Source: an uncultured Collinsella sp. (lineage in GTDB: Bacteria > Actinomycetota > Coriobacteriia > Coriobacteriales > Coriobacteriaceae). From it: a stretch of DNA of 64,000 nt. Positions 27,958 through 39,236 of this stretch are shown here, in pieces. The first letter of the stretch is position 1, and the number at the start of each line of letters is the position of its first letter. A program made the translations under genes and the position numbers. The notes below the pieces were generated by a model. The model was not told the origin of the DNA. It saw only the letters and a list, made by a program, of their open reading frames with translations, and ran no database searches. The stretch spans positions 7,823 to 71,822 of the forward strand of contig CAUCKA010000008.1 in assembly GCA_958443265.1 (NCBI GenBank). Direction: 5' to 3'.

Positions 27958-29433
27958 CTACAGCGCCATCGTGCGGGCGCGGTCGATGCGTGCCAGGCAG
28001 TCGTCGCGGCCGACGAGCGCCATGGTCTCGCCCAGCGGGGGGCTCACCATGTTGCCGCAGACGGCGACGCGCACGGCCTGGAATACCACGCGCTTCTTGA
28101 GGTCCATCTGCTCGGGCAGCGGCTCAAGCGCGGCGTCGATGGCCTCGGCAGTCCACTTGTCCACGCCCTCGAGCGCGGCCTTGGCGGCATCCAGAATGGC
28201 ACCCATGCCTTCCTTAGCCAGGCCCTTGTTAACGGATTTCTCGTCATACTCGAGCGTCTCGGCCGTAGCGAAGATGGGAGCGGCGACGGTCACGGCGTCG
28301 GCCGGCATCTTGGTGCGCGGTTTGACGATTGCGGCAAGCGCGTCGATCCAGTCCTCGCCGTACTCGACGTTGCCCTCGATGAGACCCGCCTCGTGCAGCT
28401 CGGGGACCATGATCTCGTCGGCAAACTGGGCATCGGACATGCCGTTGATGTACTCGGCGTTGACCCAGTCGAGTTTCTTTGGGTCGAAGGTCGCCGGGTT
28501 CTTGGAGATGCGGTCGAGCGAGAACTTGCTGGCTAGGACATCGCGCGGGATGATCGTGGTCTCGCCGTCGAGCGACCAGCCGAGCAGCGCCAGGTAGTTG
28601 ACGAAGGCGTCGGAAAGGTAACCGGCGTCGCGGTACTCCTCCACCGAAGTTGCGCCGTGGCGCTTGGAGAGCTTCTTACCGTCGGCGCCCAGGATCATGG
28701 AGATGTGGGCGAACGTGGGCACGGGCGCGCCGAGGGCCTCGTAGACCATGACCTGGCGCGGGGTGTTGGACAGGTGGTCGTCGCCGCGGATGACATGGGT
28801 GATCTTCATCATGGCGTCGTCGACGACGGTCGCGAAGTTGTACGTGGGCGTGCCATCGGAGCGGAAGATGACAAAGTCGTCGAGCTCCTTGGCGTCGAAG
28901 GTCACCTCACCGTGAACGGCGTCGTGGATGACGACGTCGCCGCGGTCCTCGGGCACCTTGATGCGCAGGACGTAGGACTCGCCGGCCTCGATGCGGCGGC
29001 GGGCCTCCTCGGGATCAAGATCGCGGCAACGACGCTGATAGCCCTGGAAGGGGTCCTTGCGCTCCTGCGCGGCCTTGCGGTCGGCGTCGAGCTGCTCCTT
29101 GGTGCAGAAGCAGGGATAGGCCTTGCCCTCGTCCCAAAGTTTCTGGGCGGCCTGCTTGTACAGGTCCAGGCGCTCGGTCTGGGCGTAGGGGCCAAAGTCG
29201 CCGCCTACCTCGGGACCCTCGTCCCAGTCCAGGCCCAGCCAACGCATGGCACGCAGGATGATCTGCGTGTTCTCGTCGGTGGAACGGGTGGGATCGGTGT
29301 CGTCGATGCGCAGGATGAACGTGCCGCCGTTAGCACGGGCGAAAGCCCAGTTATAGATAGCGGTGCGGGCGCCGCCGATGTGCAGCTTGCCCGTCGGTGA
29401 GGGTGCAAAGCGGACGCGAACGTCTGATGCCAT
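27958..29433 (-). CDS. gltX: Glutamate--tRNA ligase
   Basis: RVRFAPSPTGKLHIGG, ITHVIRGDDHLSNT and KKLSKRHGA; GAGGAG RBS. Confidence 0.96.
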   Translation of the reverse strand: MASDVRVRFAPSPTGKLHIGGARTAIYNWAFARANGGTFILRIDDTDPTRSTDENTQIILRAMRWLGLDWDEGPEVGGDFGPYAQTERLDLYKQAAQKLWDEGKAYPCFCTKEQLDADRKAAQERKDPFQGYQRRCRDLDPEEARRRIEAGESYVLRIKVPEDRGDVVIHDAVHGEVTFDAKELDDFVIFRSDGTPTYNFATVVDDAMMKITHVIRGDDHLSNTPRQVMVYEALGAPVPTFAHISMILGADGKKLSKRHGATSVEEYRDAGYLSDAFVNYLALLGWSLDGETTIIPRDVLASKFSLDRISKNPATFDPKKLDWVNAEYINGMSDAQFADEIMVPELHEAGLIEGNVEYGEDWIDALAAIVKPRTKMPADAVTVAAPIFATAETLEYDEKSVNKGLAKEGMGAILDAAKAALEGVDKWTAEAIDAALEPLPEQMDLKKRVVFQAVRVAVCGNMVSPPLGETMALVGRDDCLARIDRARTMAL

Positions 29434-29653
29434 GGAAATCTCCTCGATTGCAGGATGGATGTCTAACCGCATCAGTATAAAGCATCAAAGCAACCTCCGC
29501 ACAAAGGGCACCGACCCACTCATTGGGGACAGACTTAAATGAGTGGGTGCGGAAAGGGTGTGAATGTTTGATTTACGCGCTATGATGTGCCCTTGCATAG
29601 AGAGCCCAGCGGAATGGTAACGGTCGCCGGGACACGTTTTTGAAAGGACAATC

Positions 29654-30934
<1,281 letters not shown>

Positions 30935-30971
30935 GCTTACGAGAAAAGCCACAGCCAAATAGAAACACGCC

Positions 30972-31007
30972 AAAAAGAGGTACCGGAACAACCGGTACCT
31001 CTTTTTT
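30972..31007. terminator. Bidirectional intrinsic terminator after metK
   Basis: AAAAAGAGGTACCGG-AACAA-CCGGTACCTCTTTTTT. Confidence 0.85.
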
Positions 31008-31101
31008 ATTAACCGGTGGTGAAGATGAGTCGACATGGGACGCAGAATAGGTTCCCAGCTGATGAATTTTGCAGCAAGCGTGCCCCTACCATGTATCCTA
31101 A

Positions 31102-31222
31102 GTTCCGAGGGCTTTGGTATTTGGTCGATCGCGAGTTCCGCACGAGCCGGAGGCCACTTAATGTGGCCTCCGTGCGAGCCAGGACTGTAGAGCAGGCGAC
31201 CAAATACCAAAGCCCTCGGAAC
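31102..31222. repeat. 121-bp element with perfect 26-bp terminal inverted repeats and an internal 10-bp hairpin
   Basis: GTTCCGAGGGCTTTGGTATTTGGTCG ... CGACCAAATACCAAAGCCCTCGGAAC; inner CGGAGGCCAC-TTAAT-GTGGCCTCCG. Confidence 0.9.
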
Positions 31223-31245
31223 GACGGGATAGAACAGGAGCGCAT

Positions 31246-32853
31246 ATGGCAGGCAAGCCGCAAACACTAGCTACGACCTCGGCATTCGAGATCTTGGGGC
31301 CCGTCATGGTCGGCCCCAGTTCATCGCACACCGCTGGCGCCCTGCGGTGCGCCCAAGTTGCCGCCAGCCTGCTGGAAGGCCGCATCACTAAGGTCACCTT
31401 TGGCCTGTGGAACTCCTTTGCCCACACCTACCGCGGCCACGGCACCGATCGTGCGCTCGTCGCGGGCATCCTGGGCCTCGACACCGACGACGAGAACATC
31501 AAGCAGGCCTTCGACCTCGCACGCGAGCAGGGCCTCGACTACCACTTTGAAATTAAGGGCGACGACGCCTCCATCCATCCCAACACCGTCGACATCGACA
31601 TGGCCGACGATACGGGCGCCACGGCGCAGGTCCGCGGCGAGAGCCTCGGCGGCGGCAAGATGCGCATCAGCCGCATCAACGGCGTCGGCGTCGATATCTC
31701 GGGCATGTATTCCACGCTCTTCGTGGCACACCAGGACGTCCCCGGTGTGCTCGCCGCGCTCACGAACCTGCTCGCCTACGCCCATGTGAACATCGCTTTC
31801 TGCCGCACCTACCGCACCGAGGTGGGCGGCCAGGCATACTCCGTCTTTGAGACCGATGGCGCCCCCGACGACACCGTCATCCCCATGCTGCGCAAGCTCG
31901 ACAATGTAAACTACGCCACCTTTATCGAGCTCCCGGGCTCGGCCTCGTCGCTCTCCCCCGGCGTTTCGGCCAAGGAAATCTTTGACGATGGTGCGCAGTT
32001 GCTCGACGCCTGCGCCGAACTCGGCCTCAACATCGGCGCCGTCATGGCCGTTCGCGAGGCGCGCCTGACCGGCGAGGCCCACGCCGTCGCCGCCATGCGC
32101 CGCGTGCTCGACGTCATGCGCGAGGAGACCACGGCCCCCATCGCCAATCCTCAGCGCTCGCTCGGCGGGCTTATCGGCGGCGAGGCCAGACTCGTTGATG
32201 CCACCGGCCGCAACGACTTGAGCGTAAGCCTGATGGGCGCCGTCCAGACCGATGCCGTGGCCCGCGCCATGGCCGTCCTTGAGCGCTCCGCCACAATGGG
32301 AGTGATCGTCGCCGCCCCCACGGCCGGCTCCGCAGGCGTCGTGCCCGGCTGCGTGCTGGCGCTCGCCGACCATCTGCAACTGGACGATGAGCAAGTCATG
32401 GACGCCCTCTACTGCGCCGCCGCCATCGGCCTCAACCTCACCACGAGCGCCTGCGTCGCCGGCGCCGAGGGCGGATGCCAAGCCGAGGTGGGAAGCGCGG
32501 CCGCCATGGCCGCCGCCGCGCTGGTGCAGATGCTCGGAGGCACGCCTGAGCAGGCACTCGACGCCAGCTCCATCGCCCTGAGCAACCTGCTGGGCCTGGT
32601 CTGCGACCCGGTGGGCGGCCTCGTGGAGGTGCCGTGCCAAAACCGCAATGCCATCGGCGTGGCCGCGGCATTTAGCTCGGCGCAGCTTGCACTTGCCGGT
32701 ATCAAGAGCCTGGTGCCGTTTGACCAGATGGCGCACGTCATGCTCTCCGTGGGCCACGCGTTGCCGGCCACGCTGCGCGAGACGGCAAAGGGTGGCATCG
32801 CGCAGGCTCCGGCCGCACTTTCGGCCTGTGCAAAATGCGGTGTGTGCGGATAG
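31246..32853 (+). CDS. Fe-S L-serine dehydratase, fused beta (with ACT domain) and alpha subunits
   Basis: Beta: GPVMVGPSSSHTAGA, YRGHGTDRAL. Alpha: IVAAPTAGSAG, GAEGGCQAEVG, LGLVCDPVGGLVEVPC. Confidence 0.9.
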   Translation: MAGKPQTLATTSAFEILGPVMVGPSSSHTAGALRCAQVAASLLEGRITKVTFGLWNSFAHTYRGHGTDRALVAGILGLDTDDENIKQAFDLAREQGLDYHFEIKGDDASIHPNTVDIDMADDTGATAQVRGESLGGGKMRISRINGVGVDISGMYSTLFVAHQDVPGVLAALTNLLAYAHVNIAFCRTYRTEVGGQAYSVFETDGAPDDTVIPMLRKLDNVNYATFIELPGSASSLSPGVSAKEIFDDGAQLLDACAELGLNIGAVMAVREARLTGEAHAVAAMRRVLDVMREETTAPIANPQRSLGGLIGGEARLVDATGRNDLSVSLMGAVQTDAVARAMAVLERSATMGVIVAAPTAGSAGVVPGCVLALADHLQLDDEQVMDALYCAAAIGLNLTTSACVAGAEGGCQAEVGSAAAMAAAALVQMLGGTPEQALDASSIALSNLLGLVCDPVGGLVEVPCQNRNAIGVAAAFSSAQLALAGIKSLVPFDQMAHVMLSVGHALPATLRETAKGGIAQAPAALSACAKCGVCG

Positions 32854-32871
32854 CGACAAAGAAAGACTCGA

Positions 32872-32893
32872 AGGTGGGACAAATGTCCCACCT
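32872..32893. repeat. Short GGGACA palindrome that may double as a terminator
   Basis: AGGTGGGACA-AA-TGTCCCACCT followed by CTTTT; shares GGTGGGACAAA with 27778-27788. Confidence 0.7.
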
Positions 32894-33002
32894 CTTTTGA
32901 ATGCCACCGTTTCCATACCACAAACAACTGGGTAATCGCTATAATGCAAGCCCAGTAAAAACACGATGAGCCGCAAGGCGAAATCCGAAGGATATGCATA
33001 CG

Positions 33003-34718
33003 ATGTCGCAAAACGATCGAACTCAACTGATTCCCGATCCGCAGCAGCCGAGCAGGCACACCGGCGGCGTTCAGTCGCCGCGTCCTATCGCGCCGAGCCG
33101 CGGTCAGCAGCGAGGTGCGGCAAACGTTTCCCAACGTCCGAACAAGCAGCATCAGCAGCGCCAGGCAAATGGCAATGCGCCCAAGCAGCCCCCCACGCAC
33201 GCTCGAGGCGATCGCGGCCCCGCACGCAAACCCGCCGAGAACAATAAGTCGGGCAAAAAGACGACGCTCTTTGTCGTTCTGGGTCTTATCGTCATTGTCT
33301 ATATCGTAGGCGTTGTAGCGTTTTCGCAGGTAGCCTACCCCAACACCACTATCGCCGGCGTCGATGTCTCGTTCTCCAACGCTTCGTCTGCCGCCACCAA
33401 GGTCAACTCGGCTTGGAAGCACTATAAGCTCACCGTGACAGGCGATGACTTTAGCTGGACCTATCAGCCCGAGTCCGATGAGCCCATTGTCGACGGCGAA
33501 GCTGCCGCAAAAGAGATTATCAGCCGCAACGAAGCCATTGTATGGCCGGTTCGCCTTGTAGAATCCTTAAGCGGCAAGACCAAAACAACCGCTAGCTCCA
33601 ACGAAGTCGATCTTGATCAAGACGTCGACCTGTCCATGCTCTCCGACACCTTTGACCAAAAGCAGTTTGAGAAGGATCTGGGCGCCGCCATCGACGAGTT
33701 TAACGAGGGGCGTTCGGGCGCGTTCGAGGCCAATAGCTCCTATGACGAGCAGGCCGGCAAGTTTACCGTCGAGAAGGCGCGCTCCAACGAAAAACTCAAC
33801 CGCGAGCATGTCATTAAGTATGCCGAGCTCGAGCTTGCCTCGCTGGCCGAGACCGTAGATCTTTCCAAGCTCGGCAACGTTGCCTATGAGCCACTCAATG
33901 GAACGCTGACCGATGATCAGATTCAGGCCGCATGCGATGCCGCCAACAACTTCTTGGGCGTCAACGTGACCCTCAAGCTCAACGGCGAGGATGCCGGCAA
34001 GGTTGATGGCAGCTCCGTGTTGCAGTGGATCAGCTTTGCCGATCCGGCCAACCCCACGCTCGATACGTCGCAGATCAGCAGCTGGGCAGCCGAGCTTGCC
34101 AACGGCTTTAATACCGTGGGCTCCACTCGCTGGTGGACGCGCGCCGATGGCAAGCAGTGCGCCGTCGAAGGCGGCGACTTTGGTTGGTCCATCGACAGCA
34201 GCTCGCTCGCCAAGCAGGTCGAAGACGCCATTAACAACAAGCAGACCGGCGAAATCGAGATCAAGTACTCCCAGAAGGCCGACACCTTTACCGCAAAGGG
34301 AGAGCCCGACTGGAAGGCATACATCGATGTCGATCTGTCCGAGCAGCACGCGCGCTACTACGACGAGAGCGGCAATATCGTGTGGGAGGCCAACTTTATC
34401 TCCGGCAAGCCGGGAAAGGACGCCACGCCCGAAGGCGTTTGGCAGATCAACAGCAACAATGGCGCCAGCAAGCTCATCGGTGCCAAGGACCCCGAGACCG
34501 GCAAGCCCAAATACGAAAGCCCGGTTAGCTACTGGATGCCGTTTGAGGGCAACATGATCGGCTTCCACGATGCCACCTGGCAAAACGACAAGAGCTTCGA
34601 TAACGCCGAGTCGTACAAGTGGTGCGGCAGCCACGGTTGCATCAACCTGCGCCTGGCCGACGCCAAGGCACTTCACGACTGCATCAAAGTCGGCCTGTGC
34701 GTGGTTGTCCACTCGTAG
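33003..34718 (+). CDS. Membrane-anchored L,D-transpeptidase (YkuD domain)
   Basis: N-terminal TM helix; YIDVDLSEQH, TPEG, YWMPF, IGFHDA and the GSHGCINL catalytic motif. Start is 33003 or 32994. Confidence 0.88.
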   Translation: MSQNDRTQLIPDPQQPSRHTGGVQSPRPIAPSRGQQRGAANVSQRPNKQHQQRQANGNAPKQPPTHARGDRGPARKPAENNKSGKKTTLFVVLGLIVIVYIVGVVAFSQVAYPNTTIAGVDVSFSNASSAATKVNSAWKHYKLTVTGDDFSWTYQPESDEPIVDGEAAAKEIISRNEAIVWPVRLVESLSGKTKTTASSNEVDLDQDVDLSMLSDTFDQKQFEKDLGAAIDEFNEGRSGAFEANSSYDEQAGKFTVEKARSNEKLNREHVIKYAELELASLAETVDLSKLGNVAYEPLNGTLTDDQIQAACDAANNFLGVNVTLKLNGEDAGKVDGSSVLQWISFADPANPTLDTSQISSWAAELANGFNTVGSTRWWTRADGKQCAVEGGDFGWSIDSSSLAKQVEDAINNKQTGEIEIKYSQKADTFTAKGEPDWKAYIDVDLSEQHARYYDESGNIVWEANFISGKPGKDATPEGVWQINSNNGASKLIGAKDPETGKPKYESPVSYWMPFEGNMIGFHDATWQNDKSFDNAESYKWCGSHGCINLRLADAKALHDCIKVGLCVVVHS

Positions 34719-34850
34719 TGCAACGCGCGCATTCCTACAACGTGGAGCCGCTGCGACCAATCTAACAGTTCCGAAAGAATCCGCCATATGCGCCCGCCTT
34801 ACGCGACGAGCGCATATACTTATTGAGGAACTTTCTATAAAGGAGACGCT

Positions 34851-36269
34851 ATGCCGAATGTCCCCACCATCACCCCAGGCCCGGATGATGCCGAGTACAC
34901 GCCCGAAGGTGCCACCGAAACGATTCCTCTGATTAAAAACGTACATGCCGACAAGCAGAGCGAACGCACGAACGATACGGCCGAAATTTCCGATGAAGAG
35001 GCGTATGCCAAGCTCAAGGCAAAACGTGCCGAACGTCGACGCAAAAAGCTGATTCGACGCGGTATTGCCGCCGGCGTCGTAGGTGCCATCGCGCTCATTG
35101 CCATTGTCGCAACCCTGGTTATCAATGCGCAGCCGCAGGGCGCTAGCGGGCCTGTGACCGACATGGTGACCGAGGGCACGTTTACCACAACGGTCGAGGC
35201 GAAAGGCCAGCTCAAACCCATTTCGTCCTCAGTGGTCTCCCCTTCTGTCGACGGTACGGTCGATTCGATCAACGTGCAGGCAGGCCAATCCGTCAACGAG
35301 GGCGACGTGCTTATGACCATTAAAAACGACGAGCTCGATCGCAACGTTGCCGAGGCGCAGCGTGCAGTTGCAGCCGCCCAGGAAGACCTCACCAACGCGC
35401 AGAAAGCCGCCGCTGTCGCGCAGGCCACCCCAACGACGGACGTCGATGGAGCTTCCGCAGCGGCTGGCGTCTCCGCCGCATCAGCGGACACGAACGCCGT
35501 ATCGGCCGCGCAGCGCAGCCTCGCATCGGCCCAGGCAAACCTCGACCAGGCGAACGCCAAGGCCGCCAGCCGTACGGTCACGGCCCCGAGCTCGGGTAGC
35601 ATCGTGGAGCTCAACGCCAAGGTGGGCGCCACGGTAACAGGCGGCATGATCATGGGCGAAAGCGATACAAGCGGCGGCAAGCAGTGCATGCAGATTGCCG
35701 ACCTGTCCAAGATGAAGGTGACCGTGCAGGTGGGCGAAAAGGATATCGCCAAGATCGCCGTGGGCCAGAGCGCCAACGTGACCTATCCAGCGTTTCCCGA
35801 TATCGTGAGCCAGGGAACGGTCACGGCCATCGCCTCGGTGGCAAACTCCGACTCCAACTCCGGCGGCGGCAGCGTAACCTTTAACGTCGACATCCTCATC
35901 GAAGCACCCGACAGTCGCCTTAAGCCGGGTATGACTGCCGAGGTCTCGGTAGTGACCGAGAAGCTCGACGACGTGGTTATGGTGCCGACCATGGCGCTGA
36001 TGACCGAAGATGGCGAGCACTATTACGTCAATCTGGCCACCGATTCGGAAGGCAAGAAGACGCGCCGCGTGAAGGTGACCGTCGTGACGCAAAACGACAA
36101 CGAGGCTGTAGTCGGTAAGACGCAGGTCAAGCGCGACGACCAGGGCAACGAGATCAACCCAGACGTCCCGGTTACCAAGTTACGCGACGGCGACACCATC
36201 GTGACGGATACCGGCACAGGCATGACGGCAGACGGCGGCGACAATATGTCTGCCGACGAGGGCAAGTAA
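34851..36269 (+). CDS. Efflux membrane-fusion/adaptor protein (MacA/YknX-like)
   Basis: TM helix, split lipoyl halves (GTVDSINVQAGQSVNEGDVL and VTAPSSGSI), coiled hairpin, LKPGMTAEV. Confidence 0.85.
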   Translation: MPNVPTITPGPDDAEYTPEGATETIPLIKNVHADKQSERTNDTAEISDEEAYAKLKAKRAERRRKKLIRRGIAAGVVGAIALIAIVATLVINAQPQGASGPVTDMVTEGTFTTTVEAKGQLKPISSSVVSPSVDGTVDSINVQAGQSVNEGDVLMTIKNDELDRNVAEAQRAVAAAQEDLTNAQKAAAVAQATPTTDVDGASAAAGVSAASADTNAVSAAQRSLASAQANLDQANAKAASRTVTAPSSGSIVELNAKVGATVTGGMIMGESDTSGGKQCMQIADLSKMKVTVQVGEKDIAKIAVGQSANVTYPAFPDIVSQGTVTAIASVANSDSNSGGGSVTFNVDILIEAPDSRLKPGMTAEVSVVTEKLDDVVMVPTMALMTEDGEHYYVNLATDSEGKKTRRVKVTVVTQNDNEAVVGKTQVKRDDQGNEINPDVPVTKLRDGDTIVTDTGTGMTADGGDNMSADEGK

Positions 36270-37042
36270 TGCGTCCCGTCATCGACATCCGCAACGTGCA
36301 CCGCATCTTTGAGAGCGAGGCCGGTTGCGCCCACATCCTGCACAACGTGAGCCTGGCGGTGAACCCCGGTGAGTTCGTCGCAATCACCGGCCCCTCGGGC
36401 TCGGGCAAGTCGACGCTCATGAACATCCTGGGCTGCTTGGACAAGCCGACGGCGGGTGATTATTTCCTGCAAGGGCTCAACGTCGCCGAGCTCGACGATG
36501 ATGAGCTCACCGAGGTGCGCGCGCTGAGCATCGGCTTTGTCTTTCAGAGTTTTAACTTGCTGCCGCGTCTGACGGTGATCGAAAACGTCATGCTGCCGCT
36601 GTCCTACACCAATGTGCCGCGTAGCCAGCGCGAGATGCGCGCCGTGCACGCGCTGCAAGCCGTCACACTGCCGGTCGACCATTGGGACCACCGCATATCG
36701 GAACTCTCGGGCGGACAGATGCAGCGCGTCGCCATCGCGCGCGCCCTCGTCAACGACCCGCCCATCATTTTGGCCGACGAGCCAACGGGAAATCTAGACT
36801 CGACAACCGGGGCGCTCGTCATGGAAACCTTCCACAAGCTCCAGAAACGCGGCAAGACCATCGTACTCATCACGCATGACCCCGGCATCGCCGCCGAGGC
36901 CGATCGAGCCGTAACCATCCGTGACGGGCGAATCCATGACGGCGCATATGTCGCGCATACACCGAATACGTTACGCGGGGCCGTGAACGCCCTGCCCACG
37001 ATTTCGACATCCACCAATCAGCCGAAGGGAGCGAAGGAATGA
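36269..37042 (+). CDS. ABC transporter ATP-binding protein (MacB/LolD type)
   Basis: GPSGSGKSTLMNILGCLD, LSGGQMQRVAIARAL and LADEPTGNLD. Confidence 0.93.
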   Translation: MRPVIDIRNVHRIFESEAGCAHILHNVSLAVNPGEFVAITGPSGSGKSTLMNILGCLDKPTAGDYFLQGLNVAELDDDELTEVRALSIGFVFQSFNLLPRLTVIENVMLPLSYTNVPRSQREMRAVHALQAVTLPVDHWDHRISELSGGQMQRVAIARALVNDPPIILADEPTGNLDSTTGALVMETFHKLQKRGKTIVLITHDPGIAAEADRAVTIRDGRIHDGAYVAHTPNTLRGAVNALPTISTSTNQPKGAKE

Positions 37043-38253
37043 GCACCCGCGATCTTGTCCAAGAAGCCCTTCACTCGCTCGAGGCCAACAAGGGACGCAG
37101 CCTGCTCACCATCCTTGGCATCGTCATTGGCATCGCCTCGGTCATCGCCATGACTTCGCTCATCGGCGGCATCCAAAACAGCCTGGTCAACAGCCTGGGC
37201 CTCAATGCAGCCCGCATGGTAGAGATCTATTCGTCCCAAGAACTCACCGATTCGGATGTGGAAAAGCTTCGCAAACTGGTGCCGCAGATTGAGCAGATCG
37301 GCATCGTCGATAGCGCCTATTCCGAGTACAAGGTCGGGGATAAAAGCTATACCGTCATGGCACACGGCGTCGATAGCGACATGCTCGATGCCGTGGGCGC
37401 CAGCAAGCTCGTTGCGGGACGTGTCTATTCACAGGCAGAGTCTCAATCAGGCTCGCGCGTGGCGCTCATCAGCCGCGGCGGCGCCGATCAGCTTTACGGC
37501 AACGAACAGGACGCACTGGGGAAAACCATCAAGGTGTCCAACGGCGAGGTGCAGATTGTAGGCGTGATTGATGGCGGCAGCGACTCCATGGGCTCGCTCA
37601 CGCTATATATGCCACGCGAAACCATCTCCGGCCTGTTTGGCGACGAGAATCCTTCATTCCCCAGCGTGACGGCACTTGCCGCCGAGGGCACAGACATGGA
37701 CGAGCTCTGCAAGACCATCGAGTCTAAGGTGCGCGCGATGAAGGGCATCTCGGAGGATGATGAGTACGACAGCGTATCGGCGACCTCCATGAAAAGCGCC
37801 ATCGATGCACTCAACTCGTTTATGGGCGCCTTCTCGCTCATCATGGGCGCTGTCGCCAGTATCTCACTGCTTGTCGGCGGAATCGGCATTATGAATATGA
37901 TGCTTACCAACGTGACTGAGCGCATCCGCGAGATCGGTATTCGCCGTGCCTTGGGTGCCAGTCGCCGCGATATCACCGCGCAGTTTTTGGCCGAGTCCTC
38001 GGCGCTGTGCGTCACCGGTGGCCTGCTGGGTGTCCTGATTGGCTATCTGCTGGCCTGGGGCCTCGCGATGTTTGCCGCAGGATCAGGGGTTCTCAACGAG
38101 CTCGGTGCCAGTGGGGAGATCACACCGAGCTTTTCAATCGCCACGGTGCTGCTGGCCTTCGGCGTCTCCGTCGGCATCGGCGTGATCTTTGGCTTCTACC
38201 CCGCTCGCCGCGCGGCAAAGCTCAACCCGGTGGAGTGCCTACGCTACCAGTAA
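37039..38253 (+). CDS. MacB/FtsX-type ABC permease
   Basis: RSLLTILGIVIG, VGGIGIMNMMLTNVTERIREIGIRRALGA and PARRAAKLNPVECLRY. Confidence 0.93.
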   Translation: MSTRDLVQEALHSLEANKGRSLLTILGIVIGIASVIAMTSLIGGIQNSLVNSLGLNAARMVEIYSSQELTDSDVEKLRKLVPQIEQIGIVDSAYSEYKVGDKSYTVMAHGVDSDMLDAVGASKLVAGRVYSQAESQSGSRVALISRGGADQLYGNEQDALGKTIKVSNGEVQIVGVIDGGSDSMGSLTLYMPRETISGLFGDENPSFPSVTALAAEGTDMDELCKTIESKVRAMKGISEDDEYDSVSATSMKSAIDALNSFMGAFSLIMGAVASISLLVGGIGIMNMMLTNVTERIREIGIRRALGASRRDITAQFLAESSALCVTGGLLGVLIGYLLAWGLAMFAAGSGVLNELGASGEITPSFSIATVLLAFGVSVGIGVIFGFYPARRAAKLNPVECLRYQ

Positions 38254-38294
38254 GCCACCACCAACAAGTTGCGGCGAATTAGGGACCGTTTGGG

Positions 38295-38345
38295 GGTGCG
38301 GACGCCGGAAACGTAGAGATCGGCCTCGCCGAAGTCGGCCTGGGC
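38295..38345 (-). mobile_element. Degenerate IS21-family transposase (IstA) fragment at the left island border
   Basis: The minus strand translates as AQADFGEADLYVSGVRT, resembling the IstA (E)AQVDFGEA motif around the first DDE aspartate. No start; an in-frame stop lies just upstream. Confidence 0.6.
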
Positions 38346-38462
38346 CCGGCAGGGCCTGCGTCAGCATTGCCAAAAACGCCTATCGAAAGGGCGAATCCTT
38401 CTTGACAGAACTACAGGAACACCCCCCACGCGGGCGGGAGGGCGCGCAGGCGCGGCGAGCGC

Positions 38463-39236
38463 CTAGCGCGCGAACTCCCGTAAGAGCGCATCTTCCACTT
38501 CCCGAAGCGAAAGGGCCCCGCCTCCCTCGGCGGGACGGGTGACCACGACACAGCGCGCTCCCACGGCGCGCGCTGCGGCGAGCTTCTCGGCCGTGCCGCC
38601 TACGGTTCCCGAGTCCTTGGTCACAAGCCACTGGGCGCCCACCTGCCGAAGCATCGCCTCGTTGAGCTCGCGGGTGAAGGGCCCCTGCATGCCGATGACG
38701 TGCGACGGCGAAAACCCCGCGTCGATGCACTTCGTTATAGCACCGGGCAGCGGGAGCACACGCACGAAGAAGCGCTCCGCGAAATCGGCGACGTGTGTGT
38801 AGGGAGCAAGCTCCTTGCTCCCCGTCGTGAGAAGAACGCGACCCGGGTTCTCGGAGAGAAAGCGCGCCGCGCAGGCGATCGACGCGACCGGCACGACGCC
38901 TTTGGGCAGCGCCTCGACCGGGCGCGCAAGGCGCAGGCATCGTGCACCCACGGCGAGCGAAGCGGCCCGGATGTTGTCGCTTGCGAGCGTAGCGAAGGGG
39001 TGCGTGGCGTCGACGACGATACGCGCGCCGGAAAGCTCGCGCTCCATGTCGGCATCGTCGAGCCTGCCCGCATGCACCTCGATGCCCGGAAGCTCACCCA
39101 AAAGCTCGCCTCCGTACTCGGTTGCCGCGTAGGCACGGGCGGGGATGCCCGCCCCGCTCGCCCATTCACACAGAAGGCGGCCCTCGGTGGTGCCGGCGAA
39201 GATGCGCAGCGCCGGCACGGATGCAGGGGCCGTCAC
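38463..39236 (-). CDS. cbiJ: Cobalt-precorrin-6A reductase
   Basis: IFAGTTEGR, VVDATHPFA, LLTTGSKEL, GMQGPF and LVTKDSG. GTGA overlap with cbiC. Confidence 0.9.
   Translation of the reverse strand: MTAPASVPALRIFAGTTEGRLLCEWASGAGIPARAYAATEYGGELLGELPGIEVHAGRLDDADMERELSGARIVVDATHPFATLASDNIRAASLAVGARCLRLARPVEALPKGVVPVASIACAARFLSENPGRVLLTTGSKELAPYTHVADFAERFFVRVLPLPGAITKCIDAGFSPSHVIGMQGPFTRELNEAMLRQVGAQWLVTKDSGTVGGTAEKLAAARAVGARCVVVTRPAEGGGALSLREVEDALLREFAR

Noticed and set aside
38370..38410. CGCCTATCGAAAGGGCG hairpin as a c-di-GMP-I riboswitch fragment
   Set aside because: It lacks the GGCAAAC 5' strand and the second hairpin, and there is no downstream gene on that strand.
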